A stretch of DNA of 45,127 bases from an uncultured Chitinophaga sp. (GTDB taxonomy: Bacteria; Bacteroidota; Bacteroidia; Chitinophagales; Chitinophagaceae): contig CAZTKV010000001.1 of NCBI GenBank assembly GCA_964614285.1, positions 23,811-68,937 of the forward strand, written 5' to 3'. A program made the position numbers and the translations under genes. The notes below the pieces were generated by a model. It searched no databases, had not been told where the DNA came from, and was given only the letters and a program-made list of their open reading frames with translations. Shown here one piece after another: positions 39,101 through 45,127 of the stretch (positions within the stretch are counted from its first letter, which is position 1; every line of letters starts with the position of its first letter).

Positions 39101-41756
39101 TTATGATAACCCTGTAAACCTGAACCTGCAGGAGTATACTACGAGCCGTAAACGGGTAGTGGCGAGTATTTACCTTGAAGAGGCGGAAGACAGTGAGGGG
39201 GACAGTACATTGTACAGTTATGATATAACCGGCAATGTAAAAATATTAGTGCAGCACATCAAAACCCTGGTGGCAGCAGATCCGGGTGGTAATGGACGCA
39301 AACGAATTGATTATTCCTATGACCTTGTAAGTGGGAAAGTGAATATGGTGAGCTATCAGCATGGCAAAGGCGACCAGTTCTATTATAAATACAGCTACGA
39401 TGCTGATAACCGTGTGGTGAGGAGCTACAGCAGCCGGGATAAACTATTATGGATAGAAGATGCCAGTTATATGTATTACCTGCACGGACCACTGGCAAGA
39501 ACAGAACTGGGACATTATAAAGTGCAGGGTACAGATTATGCGTATACACTTCAGGGTTGGCTAAAGGGGATCAATAGTGATTCACTGCAGGAGCAGAAGG
39601 ATATGGGAGGAGATGGCTGGCAACAGACTACTTATGGCCGTGTAAGCCGGGATGTGTATGATTTTAAGCTCGGGTATTTCAGTAATGATTATACACCCAT
39701 AGGTGGTGCAACGGCAGGCGCATTCGGCAATAAAACATATTCGGCCCCGGGCAGCCTTGATCAAACAGGTAATGAATTATTTAATGGAAATATTTCATTT
39801 ACTACGCTTGCGTTATCTAAGCTGGTGGGGGCAGCCACAACCGGATACAGCTATGGGTATGACCAACTGAACCGCCTGGTGGAAATGAGACAGCATAGCA
39901 CCGGTACCACAAGCGGGTGGAGTAACAGCAGCATAGTAACTGCTTACCGGGAGAGCATCAGCTATGATGCTAATGGCAATATATTGAAGTACCTGCGAAA
40001 GGGGCATAGTGCTACCCCGCACATGGACAGCCTGACATACCAGTATAATTACAGCAGCGGAAAGCTTATTAATAACCGGCTGAATCATGTAAGAGACTCG
40101 ATCCCCGCGGGAAACTACAGTGAGGATATAGATGACCAGGATGCCGGTAACTACCAGTATGATTATATAGGCAACCTGAAGACGGATGGCGCAGAAAAGA
40201 TTGACACTATACGCTGGACGGTATATGGAAAAATAAACCGGATTGTGAAAAGTGAGGACAATGTGAGCATTGATTACAGTTATGATGCTGCCGGAAACAG
40301 GACACGGAAGCGGGTAAACAATAATGATACGATAAGCCTTACCTGGTATGTGCGGGATGCGCAGGGCAATGTGGTGGCGGTGTACAGCAATAAGGAGGGA
40401 ACGGATGAAATCATCTGGAAGGAGCAACACTTGTATGGCAGCAGCCGCCTGGGCATGTGGCGGGCAGATACGACTGTGCCGGCAGCGCCGCCGGTGGTAG
40501 ATGAGGACCCGGTGTATGACAGTGTGATGCTGGGAAGCCGTACATACGAGCTCACCAATCATCTGGGCAATGTACTGGCCACCATCTCCGACAAAAAGAT
40601 AGGAAATGACAGCAGTGGCGTGGTAAATTATTATATTGCAGAAGTTCTTTCACAGTCGGATTACTATCCCGGCGGGATGCTGATGGATGGCCGCTCTTAT
40701 AGTGCTGGAACCGGCTACCGGTATGGGTTTAACGGGAAAGAAAAGGATAATGAAGTCGTGCAATATGATTATGGATTTAGAATTTATGACCCAAGGTTGG
40801 TTAGGTTTAAATCTGTTGATCCGATAGCATCTCATTACCCAGAATTAACCCCTTATCAGTTTGCCAGCAATCGGCCAATACAAGGTGCAGATTTGGACGG
40901 TTTGGAATTTGAGAATAAAACAGAAGTAAAGGCTGAAGTTGAAAGATTAAGGCAGGCAAAAGCAAAGCAAGTACAAGCATCAATTCAGGAAAATACTTCA
41001 AGAGGTATATTAGGTAGTCTTTGGCAGGGAGTAAAAGATAGTTATCGGGATACAAAGAACTCTTTTTCCAAAACATCTTTAAGAAGTACCTGGAATAATA
41101 TTAAGGGTACAACGAGGGATTTGGGCAATATGATGATTGCTAAACCTGGTGCTGCAAAAAGTTTTTCGGAAAGAACCACAAATTTTTCGACGGGCGTAGC
41201 GAACACTGTGGTTGAACCGGTGAATTTCTTTAGTACAATGCATACCAGGTCAGCCAATGAAAATGCATACGGTATCGGTTATTATGGATTTCAAATTGGT
41301 GCTGGTTATGCAACAGATAGGTTTATTGGTGAACTAAGTGCAGGTAATCGTCTTCGAGTAGCTAATTTTCCCAAAGGGAGAACTTTTAATCACTTTACAA
41401 ATATTGATGGTGTAACTGGCATTACCGGAATAAACACGAAGCTACTTGATAATTTAGCTGTTGGGGAGTCAATAACTGTAAACCAGCTGAGTTTCGGTCA
41501 AAGTACTAATCCTTTTATGGCAGATGCTGCAGGTGCTAATTTTGTAACTGATCTAAGCGTCTCGTCATCCAAAACCCAATTAGAAAGGGGGCCAGGGGTT
41601 TTTGGGGATAAACAAAATTTCGCAATTAGTTTTTCTGAAGAAGAGGCATTCAACCAAGGAGTAAAGGTTAGTGGAAAAAATCCAGAAAGAGGTATATATA
41701 CGATACCTGCAAATTCCACACTCAAAGGAACATTTAAAATTACAAAAACCAGATAG
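33111..41756 (+). CDS. 2881-aa Rhs polymorphic toxin: signal peptide, Fn3-like, DUF6443-like, Cys-rich insert, LamG, YD repeats, Rhs core, toxin tip
   Basis: SAKA| signal; SYFDGTLRNRQ..YDALGR; FTIEAWIK..WTHIAV..LRVY (LamG); YELTNHLGNV, DYYPGG, YRYGFNGKEKD, YDYGFRIYDPR, PIQGADLDGL autoprotease site at about 40890-40904. Confidence 0.93.
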   Translation: MKKYINIPFKAVAKCLSLFVLSCTLVLSAKAVEEPYLNELKGAQVAVNNFFAVADEKFNSSTSWNLIRQNYSVDNIITFEINFDTAIFFYNTPFDCTVNFKIYLYGNQSDTSEITDSTTYSNISLTVNYDTVTGKPYKGIAMYKFAGSHKYKVKILGLTSPQLSPIPAIFRLKGQIIVSRQYKFQDNSTDITTFAKVNGNQLQLSWIPGNYPGAEQFDLEYTFIDSSSQVGASIRTYNTGGYYYVPADSLDKWFRNNNSRISTASSSYLLNIPYDSGYVLFRIRGVQDSLGVRIEGNWNYLAKTSGFSCPSDCPKGIVFFTGHETNLNWQYAVVFAEEGKRKEVISYFDGTLRNRQSVTINNSDNKNVVQETIYDALGRPAASILPAPTNDSTIHYFRAFNRNSGGTNAYSYADLLFSNCVTTADSVSHSSGAGKYYSTSNSFQGAYYYAKYIPNAGGYPIATTEYMADNTGRIKAQSGVGAAFQMSSNHETKYYYGKPTQTELDRLFGLEAGNASHYLKNMVVDANGQVSVSYLDASGKTIATALAGSGPSNLHQLSSASGSSISVTNTLISAEDFSRDASTGVLSASSTFLAPVTGNYIFNYRLDSLTYRKLYGANKDSTICSHCYYDLEILIKSDCSDTLRREIVSAGAVFDTACATPPASLQDSLHVNISNIGEYYITYNLIISSDALSYYDSVHLAKNTDIKKLNYFLIEELKGTDFYGCYSDCRTCVDRLGSKTDFVALFKTMYHSDSLQFYAEDSLAVVNIYDSLYAHCQSLQAGCVGNVCDEKLQLLKLDVSPGGQYALYDTTDNSLLEVPINVLDKRNQISIFRDEYGNPDTITVYNQNGEDSVRIAVTGTSLSDSMFISRWKDSWADSLVKLHPEYCYYLWCIANSSSYEFDKEIEDWLDADTAIARGWFSTTVYDTILAHDPFFLSGGNGYALRFKMKDSLRLFSRSFAGLAQSDKNILKFIDLLLYCKKDSSCNAWNNCSVDSNCRSRNREWFLYKTFYLNLKQIFYERARRTSTDTIFSNCSNCFIGQDLPGLTGFSCDSFDFADFIVREPCILDGGVVSDCVEFYYTKTYVKPLRKRIAIYYRYKGPVVCAGNPGGFCYETGYMDPGDSTLQIPSYKSSVTNVEILSINCDTIPYIPYTDTTCIRNCSTGTYSPYDRDSLSVYIQNGNPNSAPTGVPGGYGNCRFYPVFILKTGAADTAYCKFLNVWVCSYDSTCGGVCSDTTFVSQCIASGTDTLYRNKIRRYNDYVNTEQLMQDINGTNLQEQSTVMEELVIVQCKQNCEAQADLWMNLLSRCNMSSGDSTSLRAALIDICSKGCAQGRPFGTSSIPGSISATYHSFEEAIEDILGPGAINDSCTQELLSNPYPYDKQPVYIERQISETDSAICARVNYYYYQYDTSSYTGSFHSYMQLIYGAAYSLDSLELDDLLNSCNNCNYLLKNDLVLPVLFDPQSGTCLPCDSLSDALDDFETKFPSITIADDDYEILFTNYFNHRFGFSLTYDRYRAFLDSCDAHSGAYTGLLCNMPATIEILADPSQCTRELFSNALSNAYSIYIAYIDSVRRDFREAYTTRCMSAQPLLTMTSSLYEYHYTLYYYDQSGNLVKTVPPEGVQLLDNTSIAEVQSIRSGSNPACSNSNSMVFTNGSTNFPGGTTNAPQLNVGSGAFTIEAWIKLSSFADQGIVSNNHHSGSYNTGYSLGIISNKLTLHMGENSASYKVEATSQSLSTYMSTGTWTHIAVQRTSISTVKMYINGNPIPILYNSNTPNTGNLDHGSTDNFYVGASNKDGSISKLSSGQLRHLRVYTRALAATEVRQNHTNHCGSPANAASLVFWEPFTEGLFTASGGNDYVYERIYNAAGQKSGTIAFETAGSTTLVPAHRLVTTYQYNSLNQVLQQYSPDGDTSVFFYDRLARLIVSQNKEQLENASYSGSANRFSYTLYDGLGRIYEVGEKSEPVDDIRNIELLNDGDVQSWMESGTNRQITRTIYDNPVNLNLQEYTTSRKRVVASIYLEEAEDSEGDSTLYSYDITGNVKILVQHIKTLVAADPGGNGRKRIDYSYDLVSGKVNMVSYQHGKGDQFYYKYSYDADNRVVRSYSSRDKLLWIEDASYMYYLHGPLARTELGHYKVQGTDYAYTLQGWLKGINSDSLQEQKDMGGDGWQQTTYGRVSRDVYDFKLGYFSNDYTPIGGATAGAFGNKTYSAPGSLDQTGNELFNGNISFTTLALSKLVGAATTGYSYGYDQLNRLVEMRQHSTGTTSGWSNSSIVTAYRESISYDANGNILKYLRKGHSATPHMDSLTYQYNYSSGKLINNRLNHVRDSIPAGNYSEDIDDQDAGNYQYDYIGNLKTDGAEKIDTIRWTVYGKINRIVKSEDNVSIDYSYDAAGNRTRKRVNNNDTISLTWYVRDAQGNVVAVYSNKEGTDEIIWKEQHLYGSSRLGMWRADTTVPAAPPVVDEDPVYDSVMLGSRTYELTNHLGNVLATISDKKIGNDSSGVVNYYIAEVLSQSDYYPGGMLMDGRSYSAGTGYRYGFNGKEKDNEVVQYDYGFRIYDPRLVRFKSVDPIASHYPELTPYQFASNRPIQGADLDGLEFENKTEVKAEVERLRQAKAKQVQASIQENTSRGILGSLWQGVKDSYRDTKNSFSKTSLRSTWNNIKGTTRDLGNMMIAKPGAAKSFSERTTNFSTGVANTVVEPVNFFSTMHTRSANENAYGIGYYGFQIGAGYATDRFIGELSAGNRLRVANFPKGRTFNHFTNIDGVTGITGINTKLLDNLAVGESITVNQLSFGQSTNPFMADAAGANFVTDLSVSSSKTQLERGPGVFGDKQNFAISFSEEEAFNQGVKVSGKNPERGIYTIPANSTLKGTFKITKTR
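40726..40780 (+). repeat. Rhs-core repeat, copy 1 (inverted copy at 45073-45127)
   Basis: 55 nt GGTTTAACGGG...GGATTTAG, identical to the reverse complement of the last 55 nt of the window. Confidence 0.92.
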
Positions 41757-41760
41757 TAAG

Positions 41761-42228
41761 ATGGAGGAAAATATGAATTCATTAAGGGAAATGGTACTAA
41801 GTAAAAATTTGGAAGAGTCAGTTCAGGGAATAGAACGATTAGTCAAGGTTGCTGATAATATTGCTGATATACTTATCGAGGCTATAAAAGTAAGTAATGA
41901 TCGGTTTATTAGCACCGAAAGAGTGAGTTTATTGTTTTTTAACTATTTGAGTAAACTTAAAGCTTGCATCAATAGTGATGATAAAGATTTGAGGTTCTGG
42001 GCAGCAAGTTTGATAGTTCATTATAACGTAAAAGATAATAGTGCTGAGAAAATTCTTTTGGATGCAATAAGACATGATGTTTTAGATAAGGCATATCCTG
42101 CAACGAATATTTTATGCAGAGTAAAAAATTCACATGTTAAATCTGCAATTTTGGAAAGGCTGAAAGACAATTCACTTACTAATCAGGCTAAAGAATTTTT
42201 TAAAACGAAACTTCAAGAACTGCGATAG
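41761..42228 (+). CDS. Putative cognate immunity protein, HEAT-repeat-like
   Basis: ATG 4 nt after the toxin stop; all-helical (DDKDLRFWAASLI); AT-rich. Confidence 0.7.
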   Translation: MEENMNSLREMVLSKNLEESVQGIERLVKVADNIADILIEAIKVSNDRFISTERVSLLFFNYLSKLKACINSDDKDLRFWAASLIVHYNVKDNSAEKILLDAIRHDVLDKAYPATNILCRVKNSHVKSAILERLKDNSLTNQAKEFFKTKLQELR

Positions 42229-42531
42229 AATGACAAGTTAGGTGTTCCTCTTCGTTATGCTGTTGGTTTCTTGCCTGCGCTGCAATACCCACACACAAGA
42301 CTCAACGGCATGTTGCTCTTCGGAACACCGGAAAAGGCGGAAATTTTTACAAGCCGTGCCGTAGGTATATTCGTTGAAAGTAAGGCTGCACAAATGGGGT
42401 CTACATCCGGAGGAGCATCTCAACTTTTAAAGACAAGGCTGAGTTATACATTTAAGGTAACCGAAACGAAATATCCGAATTTTACATTAAATACCGGATA
42501 TCCTTGGAGAGGTTTAATCCGTTGGGATTAA
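42229..42531 (+). pseudogene. Probable orphan toxin-tip fragment without a start codon
   Basis: 100 open codons from directly after the immunity stop, ending LNTGYPWRGLIRWD* 14 nt before the next small AT-rich gene. Confidence 0.4.
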
Positions 42532-42545
42532 AATAAAAATAAATA

Positions 42546-43019
42546 ATGACAATTAGTCAAGTACTTGTATCTCCGAACAAAAGATACATTTGTAATATTG
42601 GGAAATTGGAAGAATTAAATAAAGGCGCATTTGGTGCAAAATTTAATTTTTCCGATTACCAAGAAGGGGTTTTGTATTATATAAAAGGGACATACTTGCA
42701 TGAACTTATTTTGGAAGATAATAATAATATCGACACACAAGGTAATCAGGATTATAAACTGTTGATATGGTTGGCTGATGGAAACAGTGTATATTTTTTG
42801 GAGTACTCCATTGTATACTCATTGATGCAGTATAAAAGTGTTTTTGTTGATTTTCATGATGAGCTTGTTTATGTAATAAATGAAAATGAAGATAAAATGG
42901 CAATAGTAAATAAACTTTTATTTAATAAAAGATCTTTTGATATGAATGACATTAAATCAGTACTAGCTAATCATAATATAAAACCATTTAAGCTTCCCGT
43001 TGTACGTAGCGTTCGATAA
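42546..43019 (+). CDS. Putative orphan immunity protein
   Basis: Very AT-rich 157-aa ORF with an A-rich leader, in the tip/immunity array. Confidence 0.55.
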   Translation: MTISQVLVSPNKRYICNIGKLEELNKGAFGAKFNFSDYQEGVLYYIKGTYLHELILEDNNNIDTQGNQDYKLLIWLADGNSVYFLEYSIVYSLMQYKSVFVDFHDELVYVINENEDKMAIVNKLLFNKRSFDMNDIKSVLANHNIKPFKLPVVRSVR

Positions 43020-43184
43020 ATAATAAAATGATGAAGGGTTGTGCTTTGTTTGCAACGAAGCATTGGCTTTGCCAAAAGCCGTTAAACCAGTAGTTTTAAT
43101 TTTCTCTCCAGCATCTCCTTCGCCCCACCTGTAAACTTTCCCGCCCATGTCTGGCGGTGTATAGAATAGTGCGGAAGCAGCCGG

Positions 43185-43205
43185 CCTGCCTACCGGACAG
43201 GCAGG
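43185..43205. repeat. REP-like GC-rich palindrome
   Basis: CCTGCCT-accggac-AGGCAGG; resembles a short extragenic palindrome I recall from Bacteroidota genomes. Confidence 0.55.
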
Positions 43206-43510
43206 GATTGGGCATACTACGGAGCAATACAAGCATTACATTTGTATATACCGGTGACGTACAAATATTCCGCATAATTCGGGGCTTTATATTTCGGGAA
43301 GACATACTGGGTATGTAGTGAAAGATATGGAGGAGGTGATAAACAAGTTGACTCAGAGAAGAACGGAGTGAAACAGGCTATAGAAGTAATGAACCACCCA
43401 GCGTCCCTGCTTCGCTCAGGGCCGAGTGGAGGAGACACCGGTCGGAATAAAGTTCGTTACTTGAACAACCTATTCTTTCATTATTGCATCTAGCCCTTAA
43501 TAATTGTTCT

Positions 43511-44041
43511 ATGAAGATTTTTAAACTTATCATTCTTACTTTTTTATTTGTTAGCATTGCTGCTAACTCGTTTGCTCAGGACACCATTCATTGGCGACCT
43601 GACTATAAACTCAAATGGGAAGATTTTCAGGGAAAGCCCGATAGTAGCTCCGGTTACAAAGCCGTCTCTATAGCCGATTTAGGGAGTGTCCTTTCTTATA
43701 ACAACTCCACGTTCAACGTAAAAATCACTTGTGCATTTGATAAGAAGAAATCATGGACATTAAGTACCGGGCAAAATTTATTGTCACACGAACAAGGGCA
43801 CTTTGATATAGCAGAACTGTTTGCCAGAAAACTAAGAAAGGCTTTTAAAGAGTACATATTTAATCCGAAAACAATCGAAGCGGATTATAATAAAATATTT
43901 TCCAGAATAAAAACAGAAAGAGCAAAAATGGATGCTCTTTATGACAAAGAAACAAACCTATCCCGTAATAAATCAAAGCAGCTTTATTGGAATAAAAAAA
44001 TTGAAGCAGAGTTAAAGAAGCTTGAAGCATATGCACATTAA
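43511..44041 (+). CDS. Secreted DUF922-family putative Zn metalloprotease
   Basis: Signal SFA|Q; KLKWEDFQG, LLSHEQGHFDIAELFARKLR, YDKET. Confidence 0.8.
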   Translation: MKIFKLIILTFLFVSIAANSFAQDTIHWRPDYKLKWEDFQGKPDSSSGYKAVSIADLGSVLSYNNSTFNVKITCAFDKKKSWTLSTGQNLLSHEQGHFDIAELFARKLRKAFKEYIFNPKTIEADYNKIFSRIKTERAKMDALYDKETNLSRNKSKQLYWNKKIEAELKKLEAYAH

Positions 44042-44070
44042 AAACCCGGCAAAATCTGCCGGGTTTTTAA
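44038..44070. terminator. Bidirectional terminator
   Basis: TTAAAAACCCGGCA-aaatc-TGCCGGGTTTTTAA between convergent genes. Confidence 0.8.
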
Positions 44071-44078
44071 TTCGTTCT

Positions 44079-45127
44079 TTACCTTCTAAACTTATCACCT
44101 GTTACCGGTTTTGTAGAAGAAGTTGTTGTAGTTGACCGACCTGCCATTGTAGCGCTTCCAGCAGGTTTTCCGTTGACCAATTTTTGTTTAATAGGTGTGG
44201 TTGTTACATTATAACCCACTATTGACGTAGTTGCTTTCGTTGCACGGGCTGATACAGATGGTGGTTCATTATAATTTTCATCTACCCTGTTTATAATTAT
44301 ACCATTTGCAGCAAATAACCCCTTTATAACTGCGGCCCTTGCTGCAACCAGATCAGAGGCATTAGTATAACTATGATAGTTTGCTTTAGTATCCCAATTA
44401 TAATATTCGGATGTTACCTTAATATTGATACTGCTGATACCATTTGCTCTTAACTCATCCGCATAGGCAGCAATGGAAGCCTTTGCAGCCGCCGGATTTT
44501 CAAAACCGGTACCGGGATTACTTCTATTTTCTTTTTGAAAAGCAATATTCAGGTCTCTTGAAAATGTATTTATTTCTTCAATGGGGGTGGCGGTAGTTCT
44601 TGTCCCATATCGCCATGAAACGACATCTTCGTTACCAGTAGTTGGTGGTGGGTCATTTGTTTGAATGGTATTATTTTTCGTATCCGGTTCAGGAGTAGAT
44701 ATCTTATGTGCAGAAGTCCACGAAGAATGGGGCTGTATATAGAATTTTATGCCCTCTACCTGATGATAATCTGTAAATCTTTCAAAAGTGTCTCCTCCTA
44801 TTTCTCCTTGCTGTACTACCTTGCTTGTGGGTGTAACTAAAATAGTACCGCCAGTAGAACCGTATTCAACTTTGGTAGGCTCCTTGATTAAGTTTCCTTT
44901 TGTATCAAAAAGGCGCACAGTATTGATTATTGTCGCCTTTTTTTCTTCTAAACCATCTAAGTCTATTGCCCAAATAGGCATATTGCCAGCAAACTGATAC
45001 GGTGTGTACCAAGGATATGATTGAAACAATGGATCAACCGACTTAAACCTAACCAACCTCGGATCATAAATCCTAAATCCATAATCATATTGCACGACTT
45101 CATTATCCTTTTCTTTCCCGTTAAACC
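44079..45127 (-). CDS. Second Rhs core with a different C-terminal tip, in inverted orientation; 5' end off the window
   Basis: GFNGKEKDNEVVQYDYGFRIYDPRLVRFKSVDP..PYQFAGNMPIWAIDLDGL, then an unrelated tip of about 289 aa. Confidence 0.88.
   Translation of the reverse strand, partial: FNGKEKDNEVVQYDYGFRIYDPRLVRFKSVDPLFQSYPWYTPYQFAGNMPIWAIDLDGLEEKKATIINTVRLFDTKGNLIKEPTKVEYGSTGGTILVTPTSKVVQQGEIGGDTFERFTDYHQVEGIKFYIQPHSSWTSAHKISTPEPDTKNNTIQTNDPPPTTGNEDVVSWRYGTRTTATPIEEINTFSRDLNIAFQKENRSNPGTGFENPAAAKASIAAYADELRANGISSINIKVTSEYYNWDTKANYHSYTNASDLVAARAAVIKGLFAANGIIINRVDENYNEPPSVSARATKATTSIVGYNVTTTPIKQKLVNGKPAGSATMAGRSTTTTSSTKPVTGDKFRR
45073..45127 (-). repeat. Rhs-core repeat, copy 2
   Basis: Exact inverted copy of 40726-40780; similarity continues inward with synonymous changes. 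Confidence 0.92.

Larger units (their letters stand above)
6428..45127. mobile_element. Genomic island / integrative element at tRNA-Arg(CCT); right end not located
   Basis: Integrase directly 3' of the tRNA, followed by ArdC, serine recombinase, VirD4-like ATPase, nucleases and a toxin operon. No second copy of the tRNA 3' end was seen, so including the region beyond about 21.3 kb is inference. Confidence 0.65.

Noticed and set aside
25921-41782. Numerous antisense and alternate-frame ORFs, including 39813-40562 (249 aa)
   Set aside because: They lie within the two giant genes and have no recognisable motifs.
43020-43483. Possible IS or gene remnant around the REP-like palindromes
   Set aside because: No transposase motif, terminal repeats or coherent reading frame.
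1-45127. CRISPR array, rRNA, reverse transcriptase/retron/DGR, prophage structural genes
   Set aside because: No repeat-spacer periodicity, RT motifs or capsid/terminase/tail-like ORFs seen.

Overview
Bacteroidota DNA, probably Chitinophagaceae-like (TAnnTTTG -7 promoter boxes, GH20 gene, Bacteroidetes-type integrase). 1-6.4 kb is housekeeping: a partial UvrD/PcrA helicase missing from the ORF track, SRPBCC, GH20 hexosaminidase, TPR, VOC and tRNA-Arg(CCT). A genomic island starts at the tRNA. Its 6.4-21.3 kb part holds a tyrosine integrase, ArdC, an IrrE/ImmA-type protease and an Mrr-like nuclease facing away from each other across a perfect palindrome, a RuvC-like protein, XRE regulators, an HNH nuclease, a large serine recombinase, a soluble VirD4/TraD-like ATPase and a sigma region-4-only protein. 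21.7-42.2 kb is one tightly coupled operon: predicted beta-barrel, Ig-like protein, lipoprotein, 2132-aa TcB-like YD protein, anchored protein, 2881-aa Rhs with a putative ADP-ribosyltransferase tip, and immunity. The six genes before the immunity gene all carry N-terminal export signals, and no T6SS, TcA or T9SS parts are visible, so this is my best candidate for an undescribed toxin-export system. It is followed by orphan tip/immunity remnants and a second, inverted Rhs core. The last 55 nt of the window are an exact inverted copy of the main core, suggesting tip switching by inversion. All family calls come from reading motifs by eye; no searches were run.
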